64,000 bases of DNA from Octopus bimaculoides (GCF_001194135.2 NC_068981.1:162670790-162734789), one strand, 5' to 3'. Positions 38,575-51,575 are shown, counted from the first letter of the stretch. Made by a program: numbers and translations. The notes: generated from the letters alone by a model not told the origin.

Positions 38575-38620
38575 ATAATGGAGAACAGATCAAAACCTAC
38601 AAATCAGGATGAAACCAAAA
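38575..38620 (+). CDS. Candidate short exon (IMENRSKPTNQDETK, phase 0 to 1; or start exon from ATG at 38578)
   Basis: Donor aaa|gtaagt; tandem acceptors cag (start 38566, in-frame stop) and tag (start 38575, open). Confidence 0.3.
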
Positions 38621-39007
38621 GTAAGTCATCAGCTTGACAAAAAATCTTGTTTCTTTTTTTTTTGCTCCTTTTTTTTTTATTGTCTGTTTTTATATTGTCT
38701 TTTTATTTTTGTCTTTTATTTTGCAAAACTAACACATTGCAATTTGTGATCAAAATGAAGAAATGAAAAAAAATAAATGAAAATTTTCTAAGAAGGAAAA
38801 ATACCATTGACAATTAAACAGTATTATAAAAATTATTCTTATTCTGTCTAGTTTATAGCATAAATCCTGGTTACTATAAACAACTAATTCATTTGGTAGT
38901 TCTTTAAAACAAAGGAAAAAATTCTGGCAGGTAGGTGTGAGGTGGTTCTCTATACTGTCATTATTGTGTGTGTGTAACAATCATAAAGTAGCTGGTTATT
39001 ATTTTCT

Positions 39008-39273
39008 TTAACCCACTACCTACCAGTGATCCCATATGAGATCACTTAAAAATTACAAATTTCGTAATTATCTAACCTTTTTGCTATATCTACTAGGTAT
39101 ATTTCTCTGATATTCAAATGAGGTTTGCTAATTTTTCACCCAATATCTCGCTTATTTCTATTTAAAATGTTATTTTGATCATTCCAGCGTGTTTCTAAAG
39201 CTGTTTTATGCTAGAAATCAAAGTTTCATTAAAAAAATTCCAGTTAATAGAATTATGGGAGGTAATGGGTTAA
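39008..39273. mobile_element. piggyBac-like MITE (second family)
   Basis: ttaacccactacctacc ... gggaggtaatgggttaa inverted termini with TTAA. Confidence 0.75.
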
Positions 39274-41364
39274 TATGACACTTAATTGTAATTAAGGTGC
39301 ATATACTTTTGAAATCTTTTACTGCTTTAGTCATTAGACTGCTGCAGGCTTGGGCACTGTCTTACAGGATGTTTGTCAGTTACATCAACCCTTGTACTTA
39401 TATTAGTGAAAGTGTGTGGCCTTGTTGTTAGGATGCTGTACTCACAATCTCAAGATTGTGGGTTAGGTTCCTGGATCAGGTGGAGCATTATGTTCTTGAG
39501 CAAAACACTTCATTTCATGTTTCTCCAAGGTGTCCGATTCAAAGGGAATGTTGTGTTCTCAGTCAATATATGTCATGGAAACCAGGTAACCTGCTTTATG
39601 AGTCCCGGGACTCTATAACAGCAATGTCCAGTGGGTTGATGATGAGGAGATCTTAGATCATCATCATCATCATTTAATGTCCATTTTCCATGCTGGCATG
39701 GGTTAGGCAGTTTGATTGGAACTGGTAAGCCAGGGAGCTGCACCAGGCTCCAGTCTGTTTTGGCTTGGTTTCTACAGCTGGGTACCTTTCCTTATGCCAA
39801 CCACTCCATAGAATGTACTGGGTGTCATTTACACGTCACCAACTCTGTGCCTTTTGTGTGTCACCTGCATGGGTGCCTTTGTGTGTCACCAGCTTGGGTG
39901 TTTTTCACCTGTCCCCAGCATTGGCTACAACTACGATTTCACTTAGTTTAACTTGTCTTCTCAAGCACTGCAAATTACCAATATTTTATCAATCTGTATT
40001 TATCGAGTGGAGACTTGCAATGCAAGACTACTTTTTTTTTTCTGTCCTTCAGTACTACTCTCTCTCTCCACTCCCACCCCCAGCTGAAGGAGTCTTGTCT
40101 TGCAGGTTACTTAGTGACCTCATTGCTGCTAGTATCATGTCAAAAGTACCCAGTGCACGAGGTGCTATGTCAAAAGCATCTAATACATTAGAATGGGCAT
40201 TCAGCTGTAGAAACCATGCCCTAAGTAGACAGCAGGAATTGGTGCGGTCTTCTAATTTACCATTTCCAGTGAAATTGGTCAACCCATGCCATCATGATAA
40301 ACAGATGTTAAATGATGATCATGATGCTATTTATTGAGCGGCTAAGTTACCTTTTGATATAACATCAGTTTTGTTTAAAAACAAAAACAAAAATGTAAAG
40401 AAAATGGTAGTATTGTGTGAAACATGAAAAACAAGAACAAATGAATATTTCCAAAGTTGGTGTAGATTTGTAACTAAATATCCGACATCTCAGTTATAGT
40501 TTAGTTCTACTGAATGTTTTCAACTACAAATTTCATTGTTTATCTACTGACCTTCAAATACTGCTTTATTTCTTTTTAAATTGTTATTGTTTACACTGTT
40601 GTCATTGTCATCATCATCATCATTGTTGCCATCAGTATCATTGCTTTGAGGTGTGAAACTAATTGACTTGAACCAAAGTTCTTATTGAACAAACGAACAG
40701 CTGAAGATATTCCAGCTTTGACTAGCCTGTCTTTCTGAATATCCAGAACTACATTGTCCAACAAGATTTTTTTTTTTTTTTTGCTTTTTTAAAGATAGTA
40801 GGTCACAGTCTCGGAGAGATTCAGCTGCTGTTTCTAGCAGGGCAAGCAACTGTATTGATAGTTTCCTCTTGACTTGCTTTAATGTCTTTTTTCATAAATG
40901 CATCCATTTATTTCAATATCATTGAAGAAAAGGAACTTTGACTAATCCCCCTTAGACTTTATTCAGGAAAATTTTTCTACACCCACGTTCCTAATTCCTC
41001 TGCCCCTGTTCACTTCTGCTCCCCTAGGACATTGAAGGACCATTTTGATGCCTCATTTCTTAGCGGCCCCTACTGATTATGCTTACCCTCTCTTCTAAAT
41101 GGTTGTAGCCATGTAGCTCCTCTGCAACAGGAACATGCTCTTCCCCCTCATCTAGCATAAAATCAGCACCACACTTGTGGTTCATAGTCTTACAAGCTTT
41201 GTGGCAACCTCACTTGTGCCAGTGGTACATAAAAGCACTCTGTATATACTGTAAAGTGGTTGGTGTTAGGTGAGATACAATACAGTCTTTGAATCTATCA
41301 GATCGTTATTAGTGCTTGTTGATAGGGACAAACTTCATTGAGAATTAAATCAAGATTTTAAATT

Positions 41365-41584
41365 TTAACCCTTTAGTATTTAAACCAGCCACACTAGGCC
41401 CAAATATTCTATCTGTTTTATATTCAAACTGGCCAGATCTACACCTTCCCTACAATGTCATTCCGGAAATAAGCAATCACTACATTGAAATTTCAAAGCT
41501 ATGAAATAATGCAAAATTAATTCAAAACAATGTGAATAAATAAGCATTACATACAACAGAGTAATCTGAATGTTAAGTGGTTAA
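41365..41584. mobile_element. piggyBac-like MITE
   Basis: ttaaccctttagtatt ... aatgttaagtggttaa; TTAA at both ends. Confidence 0.8.
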
Positions 41585-42789
41585 AAATTGATTCCTTAGT
41601 GTTAATTGTTCTGAAAGTGAATTCTTCCAGCTAGTTGTCCTGAAAGTGAATTCCTGGAATATTTTTGTGAGCACCAATATTTGGAAAGTCTTTCATTCTT
41701 AATCATGCAATAATGTGGTTTCTGCATTAGCGTAATAGAGTTATTGAGATTGAATTATTTAAAGTAAAATCTGACGGCATTGCCATTAGCTGGTGCTAAA
41801 GGGCTTTGTGTGATCTAATTCTTTTGCCATTAGATGATATTAAAGAAAACCTGATTCTTTTGATATTTGAGATTAATGTTTCAAAATTGTAATTGTATTT
41901 TAGAATTCTTTTTATGAATACTTTTGAAGGGTATCTTCCTCTCCAATAAAGTACCAAACTGCATTCTCATGCTTATTGATTTTTTTTTTTAACCTGATTT
42001 CAAACGCTGTTAGAGAAACAAGCATGAGGTAAAATACCTGTGAAAGAATTTGAATGGTTAGGTGGTCTTTAGATTAAAAGGCTGCATATAATATATGGTG
42101 TGGAACTTCAGAAGAAAATAATTGTTTGATTACAAATTAAAAAGGGAAGGCTGCATCTTCTACTTTTGGTAAAAGATAAGTTATGACTTGCAAAATTAGT
42201 AACAGAATAGGTTCTCATTGTAAAAGTAAAAGAGAAGAGAGAGGACAAAGTACGACAATAGAAGAGAAATGTGAAAACTTATTAGAGAAGAACACTTTTT
42301 CATCTGAATAGATACTTTTCTTCTGATGATACTATACAGTGCCAGTGATTGAAGAGACACTTGAGACACTTTTCCAAATGAGTGTCCCCCTTCAATGAAA
42401 ATAAAGTCCAAACCATCATTAATATAAATGATTAGTAATACAACTTAGTGTATTTGATGATATAAAGACACACAGGCATGTTAGATGCACCTCACTATCA
42501 ACAGTGCATATTCATGAGAAAATGTGTCTAGTGCATTAATGTATGTAATATTTAAAGTGATCTAGCAGTACATTACAAAACAATACAAAAACATTTACTG
42601 TATATAAAATGTAAGTTAACAGTACAGCTGAACATAAACGCAAGGCATCACGACAATGAAAATAGCCTGCATGATTACTGTGATAAAACCTGCAAGAAAA
42701 ATCAAAGCAGAATAATGCATTTTATAAAAAGCATGCATAAGTAAATGTTATTATTATGGAGTCAGGTTTGGTAGAAGAGACTGTCTGGA

Positions 42790-43019
42790 TTAACCCTTTT
42801 GATGTCAATCTGCCTAAAACTAATCCTGGTTCTATGATACAAATTCCTATTTTAAGCTGATCTAAATTGAAGCTTTCCATCAAAATTTCATGCTAATTTA
42901 TGTTCCAAACACCAGCTTAATAACGACAAAGTTATTTTACTAATTTCTTCATTATTTTCAAAATTAGTTGAAATGAAAGCAGTGCATTTCCACAGAAATT
43001 TAGTAATAGAAGGGTTTAA
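42790..43019. mobile_element. piggyBac-like MITE (third family)
   Basis: ttaaccctttt ... aagggtttaa; matches 9486-9680 reversed. Confidence 0.7.
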
Positions 43020-44764
43020 ATTAACTTATAGTAATGAACATCAGGGACAAAATTAGCTTATGAGAAGCCCAACTTTTCATATAGGCCCCAGGGTAATTTA
43101 TTTAAGCATGTAGGGTTGGGGATGTGTCTTGTATGCCATCAGATATATATGTTTTTAGTAATTTATTCAAAGGCATGTGGTTTAGTGGTTTAGGCTCATG
43201 ATCATAAGATCATGGGTTCAATTCAGGGACAGAGTAGCCTGTAGTGTCTTTAAACAAGACTCTTTCACATTTCTTTAGTTTACTGAGATTAAAATGAATA
43301 TCAGAGACAGTTAGCCCTGTTGCGGACAGACATTTTTTTTTTTTTTTCAGTGAGAATCTTCTCTTAGTCACTCGGAGACTGGGATAAACTCTGGTGGAAA
43401 CCATTGTTATGATTATGTTGTTACATCACAAAAGTTGTTGAAATAGGGTGAGGTTTGCAGTTATTTTCTTTTTTAGCTTGGAATCACCTAATATCCCATT
43501 TTTTGGAGTATGTTTAGTTGCTTCTTATGAGGTGAGATTCAGGAAATGTTGTTTATGCTCAGGTGTGTTGTTGTGGTTTAACCCAAATTTGTTATTGAGT
43601 AGACCTACGATCAAAGACATTCTCTAGTAAGGGCATCTCTGTTTCTATCCTTCTCCACCCTCAACCTTGATTGACATTTTCCAGCATGCAGAGGGTATGA
43701 TTTGAAGGAGATTTGGTAGTTATTTCTACCTGCTTAAATGACCACATAAAGGCTCCTTGTGGGCTCATACAGAGTTGTGCAACATTTTAAAGTAAACAAG
43801 CAGGTCACATGAACACATCATCATAAGTCTAAAAACGTATAGTGAGGCATCTATATCTCAGTTGACTAATGATCTAATCTCTCTCCATGATACTGATTCT
43901 ATGACTGTGATATACACAAATCCATCTATTCATCTATTCATAATCCATAGACCTAAAGAGGCTGCTGCAGGTACATAGCAAAGTGCATTTCAGTAGGAAA
44001 GCAATCTAATGGCACCTGCTTTCTTTCCAAATATTGTTGGCTGTTGGTTTCACTATAAGACATTTTGCACTTTGACAAGTATTATTTTTAATCCTGCTGG
44101 GTACCTACTCACTTTCTTCACCTTGAAAGTGGAAGTGGTGTTGGAAAAGGCTTGAATGTTAGTCATTTCCCTGCTCACTTCTCTTGTAAAATTCTTCATC
44201 ACCATTCACCCCAATATATTTATTCTCTAGAATATTATAAAATTATCATATAATGCTGTGGTGTGCATTGAACTGGATATGGTATGTTAGAAGTGAAGAA
44301 TCTTGCATTGGTGACAAGTTATTATCATTTCCTCCAAATTAATTATTGTTAATGTCTGACCTGCAACATTATTTTTGCTGCACTTGGATAATCGTTGATG
44401 TAAGCAATAAACTAATATCCTGAAAAATTCCATAAATTGCCAGATATTTTCTCAATGGTTTATGGCCTTAATTTGAGGAAATAAACCTGTCCATATTTAA
44501 TTAACTGGTCATGAAGAGAGAGTGTTATAGATAGGTGTCTTATATAACATCTGACTGACAACAAACTACAACATATTTTGTATAGATAGTTTATTATTTT
44601 ATTAATAGCCCTACCACATCACTGAAATTTGTTCTTCAAATTTGCTTCTACCACATTGCTGGCATATATGTTTCCTGTTAGGATGTGAAAATGTTATTGC
44701 AAACGAGAAGTACCAGCTGCCTCAAACATCTAAAGCATAGATGTATATGAGGACAATGCAATAG

Positions 44765-45138
44765 GTATGGGTTTGGCTATATGGTAAACAAGTTTGCTTC
44801 CCAGCCACGTGGTTTTCGGTTCAGTCCCACTGTGTGGCACCTTGGGCAGGTGTCTTCTGCTATAGACCAAGCCGACCAAAGCCTTGTGAACGGATTTGGT
44901 AAACAGAATCTGAAAGAAGCCCAATGTGTATTTGTCTGTCTCATTGTCTTGACATTGTGTGATTGTTGTAAATGAGTACCATTCATTTCCAATATTCTGT
45001 AGTAATGTCTGGGTTACCCAGATAGTGTTACCCGACAGGTAAGAGTTTGCATCAGGAAGGGAATCCAACCGTAGAAAATCTGCCTCAATAAACTCTGTCT
45101 GACCCATGCAAGCATGGAAGAGTGGATATTACAATGAT
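44765..45138 (+). mobile_element. SINE family B
   Basis: ggttcagtcccactgtgtggcaccttgggcagg..; RTE-like tail ccatgcaagcatggaagagtggatattac. Confidence 0.8.
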
Positions 45139-46186
45139 GAAGTCTGTCAAAAAGGAAGCCAGATTTTTTTTAAAACAATTACCATCTATTTCAGGTCCCT
45201 TCCCACTTAGGCAAGTGTCTTCTATGTATGTGTGTGGTGTGTGAGAGTTTGAAGGTTTCTTGTCTCCTAACATTGTACTCTAACTGTAAACAAACTTCAC
45301 CATTATACTACTGGTGTTGGTCACTTGCAATCTTCTTTGGAAGCATGTCCAGGCATTGTACTGTGCATGTTCAAAGGATTAGAGAAAATTTCCTTGTTTG
45401 GAAACTGTTGGTGATTGACAACAGGAAGAACATCCATTCAGAGAAAATCTTGTGAAATCTGAATTTCATTTTGGCCCACACAAGCATAGAAAAGTGAACG
45501 TTAGAGTAATGGCAAATGATGTCTCCTTCAAAATTGTTCCCTCCACTACTGATGTACTGCTCCTCACCTTTTCTTTTCTTTGCAGTTTTGGAATGCATTT
45601 TCAATAGTATGCAGTTCTCAGAAAATTCTCTGACCTTTCTTCTATTGTCTGAAATCAGCAACCTTCAGGGTATCAAAAGTCTGCAGAAGCCCAATCTTAA
45701 GAGTAGGCTTAGGCTCCTGAGGGTCGGGGGGTGAGCCATCCCATGCTTTGCCAAAAAGTCATAGATAAGATGTGCTGTCTAAGCAGGCAGCATCCAGGTT
45801 TTGTTTGTCCAAGTCTCAAGCCTCTTCTTTCGTACTGCCTCTCTCAAACACCATCCTGATTGGAAACACTCACTCCTGACATTGCATTTGGCTTAAACAA
45901 TTTTCTCTATGTTACTTTAGCATACAATGTTGGAAACGTCACTGTAGAAATCTTCTCCTCTGAAACAGTATTTCATCCAAATACATTACTCCATTGTCCT
46001 ACTTGTATCAAGTTACCAACTACACAAACATTCTATGTTGTAGATTAATGACTGATATATCATGATGTGGCTATTATTAGACTGAAGGCCAAGCTCACCT
46101 GTATACAGTACTGCAGTCATGAGTACACTCCATTGGCTGGTTGGCATGCAATTTTAAAAGTTTGGTTTCTTTTTGGACAGACTCTG
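45138..46186 (-). mobile_element. Mariner transposon remnant (internally deleted) carrying a SINE B insertion at about 45190-45490
   Basis: LREAVRKKRLETWTNKTWML and ISSGGNNFEGD on the minus strand; TIRs gaagtctgtcaaaaaggaagcc versus revcomp cagagtctgtccaaaaagaaacc; TA at the right end. Confidence 0.75.
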
Positions 46187-46391
46187 TATGTGTGTACGTG
46201 CGTGCACAACAAAACCTCCTAAAACTAGAAACCCTTTGTTAAGTATTACCCCAAAGAAGGACAATTATACTATTAAAGTATGGTGTAATGGAAACAACAA
46301 AACCATCATAAACCAAGAAATCAAGAACCCTTTCACAAGTTCAACCCAATGAGAATGCAGGACGACTTAGAATTATGAGACCATACAAATG

Positions 46392-46392
<1 letters not shown>

Positions 46393-46446
<54 letters not shown>
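46393..46446. repeat. (TAG)n microsatellite; many others, e.g. (TA)n 9165-9222, poly-T 14740-14773, (TAGA)n 27380-27413, (GA)n 58516-58566
   Basis: Direct reading. Confidence 0.95.
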
Positions 46447-46447
<1 letters not shown>

Positions 46448-47239
46448 CCCAATACCTTCTTCTGTACAGATGTATGAAAATTGTTATTTTTGTTATTTGT
46501 TGGCAGAATCAGTAAAGTGTTGGGATAAACTACCTTGTGGTGTTTAGCTACATCCTTCGATGTTCTGAATTTGAATCCTGATCACAACCAACTTTGTCTT
46601 TCATCCTTCTGGGTCATTATTTTATTGAGTATCGGAGTTAGTGTATTAACTACACCCTCCTTTGAGAATTGTCTGGCCCTGTGCCTAAGTTAGAAATTGT
46701 TATTGTTGTTGTCATCATCATCATCGTCATCATCATCATTAATTGTTCATTATCTCGGCTGTTATTGTTGCAAGGAATTTATTGTGAATAATAGTGAATT
46801 AGGCAAGATTAATTCAGGATGTCTAGTTAGGTACCACAATTCAATTTGCACTGGGGGATCAAATTAGCCTTGATTCAATTGATTATATCCAAATTTGCCT
46901 TTGTCATGTTCAATCAAAACAAATAATTACAATTATTAATCCGTTTCAAGAGACCAGAATAGCAGACACAGTAATAGTGCAGGACAAAATTCTTATGCAA
47001 CATTCAGTTATGACTCCCATATTTTGTATTCCGATCACATTGGAGTTGATTTTGTGTATGTTAATCCCCCATCATCTTTAAACTATCTTATAATATACAT
47101 GGAATAAAATTTCATGTGTTGGAAATGCTTAGTCTTTTGAACTTTCAGACTTGATAAAACAATTAGCGATAATAAATTATGAATTAATTTCTGTATCTCA
47201 TTGTGTAATTTGTAGCCTTGCATCATTGTTAGAACTCAC

Positions 47240-47600
47240 CCTCATCATCATTTTAATGCCCACTTTTCCATGCTGACATGGTTCATACAGAACTTGTAGC
47301 AGCTTTTCTATAGCTGAATGCCCTTCCTATTGCCAGTCCTTCACTTGTTTCCAAGTAAGGTAATATTTCCCCATGACCAGACATATTTTTCATGGAAGAT
47401 AAGGGATGGACACCATTTGCATGAAGGTGTCATTCTCTTACAACTATGACACAATGTCAAGGCCAAGAGACAGTAACACACACACATACATATACAATGG
47501 GCTTCTTTCAGTTTCCGTCTACCAAATTCACTCACATGGTTTTGGTCGGCTTGGGGCTATAGTAGAAGACACTTGCCCAAGGTGCCACACAGCCATGCCT
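47240..47600 (-). mobile_element. SINE family B
   Basis: Reverse-complement RTE-like tail, then gggcttctttcagtttccgtctacc..gacacttgcccaaggtgccac. Confidence 0.8.
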
Positions 47601-48514
47601 GCTATTTAATATTGAGAGTAAAATAGCAGAAACAATTGAGTGATTTGTCAAAAGATTTTTGCACTATTTATTTACATTCTCAATTGAAATCATCTATTGG
47701 TTGATTTTTCCTATTAAACCTTCTCTGTCAATAAAATTAATACCAGCCATAAACTGGTAGTCAATTTAATATTCCCCAACATTTATAACTGTGTATGTCA
47801 ATGTTGGAAATTATTGTTAATCAACTTCAAAAACATGCACACATTGATGTCAGATTACTGCTGCTGGATTAACTGTGAATCAACTGGTTGTATAATGTTG
47901 TCTAGTTCTTTTATGAAAGGCTTTCTTGGCATTAATAGTTTTCTTTTGCACAGTATAATTCATTTAATTCTTTGCTCCCATTTTCTCTCTTTCATTCACA
48001 CTCATAATTAAATTAAAATAAATATTTCAATCAAAAGATGATAAAATAGCTGAGTCAGGACCAATTCCAATATTTTAAAGATTCACTAATATTTTCTTGT
48101 CTTTGCGTATTTGTATAGAAGCCAAAATTCATGTTCTGTATGCCTCTGGTTATTTAGGAAACAGGAAATTTATCAATAGTTTTAGCAAGCTCATATTAAC
48201 TAACTATTATTATACTTTTGTCAAGAATTGTATGGCAGCAGAAACAGTAAACTGCCAGACATGAAATGCTTTACAATATTTAAGCATGTCTTTTTCTCTT
48301 TTCCTTCCACAAATAATTGTTCTCATTCCCAACTCTCAATGGACCACTGTCCAAAACGTCAAACACACACTATATTTGTTCTTTACAGTATAAAATACTG
48401 TGTACTGTTGACTCATGTTGTGTCCACTGTTTTCTCACTGGTTTACTTAGCACACTGATACAGACACCTGGTTTATCAGATTACACTGGATCTATTATTA
48501 GTATTTATATTCTA

Positions 48515-48735
48515 GAGGTGGTGAGCTGGCAGACTCATTAGCATGCTGGGCAGAATGCTTAGCAGCATTTCATCCATCCTTACATTCTGAGTTCAAATTC
48601 CACTGGGGTCCACTTTGTCTTTCATCGTTTCAGGGTCGATAAAATAAATACCAGTTGAGTAATGATGTCAATATATTCGTTTTAGCCCTTCCCCCAAATT
48701 GCTGGCCTTGTGCCAAAATTTGGAACCAGTATTTC
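48515..48735 (+). mobile_element. Meta-domain tRNA-derived SINE (full length)
   Basis: ggtggtgagctggcag head, gagttcaaattcc B box, tttgtctttcatcgtttcagggtcgataaaataaataccagt Meta-like domain. Confidence 0.75.
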
Positions 48736-48974
48736 ATTCATGTTCTGTTATGTTCTTAGTTCAAATCATAATGGAGGCTAACATCCTTTTGAGATAGATT
48801 CAGAAATTACTAGTCAAATACTAAGCTTCATTAAAACGATTACATGGCCTCCTCCAGAAAAACTGTCCTTGTGGTGCCAAAATTAGAAATAATTAACAGA
48901 GTTAGCAGAAATGGTAAAGCAGATGACTAAATCCATCACAATAATTTTATTTCATTTTTCTACATTATATAGTG

Positions 48975-49630
48975 GAAACGCTATGTGATGGGGTGAAAAT
49001 GGTGAGATAGTTTTGCTATTTTCGAGATTGGGTGGATTAAGTGATGGATGTGAAGCAGCTGTGACAACAAGAGCAAGACTTGGCTGGGTAAAGTTCAGGG
49101 AATGTGGTGCGTTGTTATATGGGAAAAGGTTCTCCTTGAAGATGAAAGGAAGGGTTTATCAGAGTTGCGTGAGATCTGCAATGCTGTATGGGAGTGAGAC
49201 ATGGTGTCTGAGGGAAAGCGAAATGGAAATTTTGAGAAAGACTGAGAGAGCAATGATGAGACCAAATGTGTGGTGTGAAACTATTGGATAAAAGGAAGGT
49301 TGAGGACTTAATAGGGATGCTAGGGTTGGAGGAATCGGTGGAACAGCTGGCAAGGGTGAATGGAGTGCAATGGTATGGACATGTGTTGAGGAGGGATGAG
49401 GAGTAGGTTCTAAGGAGAGTGCTTGAGTTTAAAGTGAATGAGCTGCGAAAGCGAGATCGACCAAAGAAAATGTGGAGGGGACAGATGGAAGAGGAGATTG
49501 GGAGGGTTGGCTTGAGGAGGGAGGATGCCTAAAACTGGGTGAGATGGTGTGAGAGCAGTTGCTGTAAGAGTTAGGTAGATCCAGCCACCCCTGTTAACGG
49601 GGACAAACCCGGATTTAAAATATTGGGATT
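48975..49630 (+). mobile_element. RTE LINE, second subfamily, 5'-truncated
   Basis: GCEAAVTTRARLGWVKFRECGALLYGKRFSLKMKGRVYQSCVRSAMLYGSETW..QWYGHVLRRDE; distinct 3' end ggatttaaaatattgggattcattc. Confidence 0.9.
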
Positions 49631-49957
49631 CATTCACTCATATCTTTAAAACATTATTTAACATTGTTTGTTTTCTTTTAATCTCTGATTTTGATAAATA
49701 CAAAATGCTAGTAATATAGATAAGTCAGGATAATCAACTAAATCCCTATTCTTCAACAACTGGCTTTGTGCCTAAGAGAGAAATTACTATTATTATTTAT
49801 GGACTGGCAGGATCATTGATAGTCAGGCAAAATGCCTTGCAGTATTTACTTGCCTCACTGCACATTCTTATGGAGTTGGCAAGGATTGGCTTTGCCTTTC
49901 ATCCTTTGACCCATTCACATTTAGATTTCTCTGTCGAATGTAATGTTTGCTTATTCT

Positions 49958-50175
49958 CAAGCTGAACATAAGAAGCGTCAGTAGTGGTGTGCAAGAGAGA
50001 CGATTGCGCTGGTTTGGACATGTGGTGAGAATGAATGAGGATAGCTGCGTGAAAAAGTGCCACTCCCTAACAGTTGAGGGAACCCGTGGAAGAGGTAGGC
50101 CCAGGAAGACCTGGGCTGAGGTGGTGAGGCAAGACCTTCGTACATTGGGCCTCACCGAGGCGATGTCTACTGACC
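49958..50175 (+). mobile_element. RTE LINE C-terminal fragment fused to Tc1 sequence
   Basis: KLNIRSVSSGVQERRLRWFGHVVRMNEDSCVKKCHSLTVEGTRGRGRPRKTWAEVVRQDL, open frame. Confidence 0.9.
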
Positions 50176-50491
50176 ATTTCTTCACTACCTTGATGGTATG
50201 TTTCAGACCATTGTCCTGCTGATACTTCCAGTTGTGGCCAAGTTGGAGTTTCTCAGCAGATTCCTTCACGTTTTCATCAAGGATCCTGATGTAATCCTCC
50301 TTTCTCATGATTCCTTGAACTTTGACATGGTTCCCTGTGCCACTGGAAGAGAAGCATCTCCATAGCATTATGTTTCCACCACCATGCTTGACAGTGGGCA
50401 CAAAAGTTCTTTGGCTTGTATTCTTCTCCTTTCTTCCTCAAGACATATTCAGCATCCATATTGCCAAATAACTCCAACTTCGTCTCATCAG
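50172..50491 (-). mobile_element. Tc1 (DD34E) transposase fragment
   Basis: DETKLELFG..PTVKHGGGNIMLWRCFSSSGTG..YIRILDENV..YQQDNGLKHT. Confidence 0.9.
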
Positions 50492-50536
50492 GCCAGGATA
50501 GTTGACCAAAAGCTGGGCTCTTGCTTCAGATAACCT

Positions 50537-51274
50537 CTGATGAGATGAAGTTGGAGCTAATTTGGCCACATGGGTGCTGAATATGTCTTGAGAAAGAAAG
50601 GAGAAGCATACAAGCCAAAGAACTTTGTGCCCACTGTCAAGCATGGTGGTGGAAACATAGTGCTATGGGGATGCATCTCTTTCAGTCGCACAGGGAACCT
50701 TGTCAAAGTCCATGGAATCACGAGAAGAGAGGATTACATCAGGATTCTTGATGAAAACGTGAATGAATCTGCTGAGAAACTCTGACCTGAATCCGATTGA
50801 GAACTTGTGGTGAGACTTGAAGACCTGAGCAATGGTTAGGAAACCAACCAACCTGACACCGCTCGAGGCTTTCGCCAATGAAGAGTGGGCCAACATCTCA
50901 CAAGAGACATGCAGGAAGCTTGTGAACATATACAGGAATCACCTAGAAGCAGTCATAAAAAAACAAAGGCTATGCTATTGACTATTAAAAGAAGATATCA
51001 AACTCAATAAACCTAGAGCATGAATAATTTTGAACAGCCAAACCATCCAACCCATGCTAGCATGGAGAGCGGGCATTAAACAGTGATGGTGATGGTGGTG
51101 GCATTTTTTGAAAATCCATGAATAAAATAACACTGAAATGAAGAATTTCTTGAATTATGTATTGTTGTTATTCTTTCACTTGCTGGTCACATATAACTCA
51201 CAAACAAACTTGACAAAATACATTCATTGCATCACAAAAATTAACAAGGGTATGAATAATTTTGAGGACAATTG
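50537..51274 (+). mobile_element. Tc1 (DD34E) transposase fragment with right IR/DR-type terminal repeat
   Basis: PTVKHGGGNIVLWGC..EKL/DLNPIENLW..EEWANISQETCRKLV..KGYAIDY*; atgaataattttga repeated at about 51019 and 51252; ends caattg-TA. Confidence 0.9.
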
Positions 51275-51309
51275 TATATATGTGTGTGTGTGTATGTATA
51301 TATATATAT

Positions 51310-51575
51310 ATCATCATCATCACCGTTTAACATCCGCTTTCCATACTAGCATGGGTTGGACGATTTGACTGAGGACTGGTGAACCGGATGGCTGCACCAG
51401 GCTCCAATCTGATCTGGCAGAGTTTCTACAGCTGGATGCCCTTCCTAATGCCAACCACTCCGAGAGTGTAGTGGGTGCTTTTACGTGCCACCGGCATGAG
51501 GGCCAGTCACACGGTACTGGCAACGGCCTCGCTCAAAATGGTGTTTTTTTACGTGCCACCTGCACAGGAGCCAAC
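51310..51575 (-). mobile_element. RTE LINE 3' UTR, young
   Basis: Reverse complement of the 20755-21055 type tail. Confidence 0.85.

Noticed and set aside
39765-40337. 190-aa ORF
   Set aside because: It is composed of two oppositely oriented RTE tail fragments and has no coding character.
44130-44235. Minus-strand small-exon candidates (ENKYIGVNGDEEFYKR; gaaa|gtgagt)
   Set aside because: Acceptors are weak and there is no supporting chain. This illustrates the chance rate of such motifs, which also limits the plus-strand calls.
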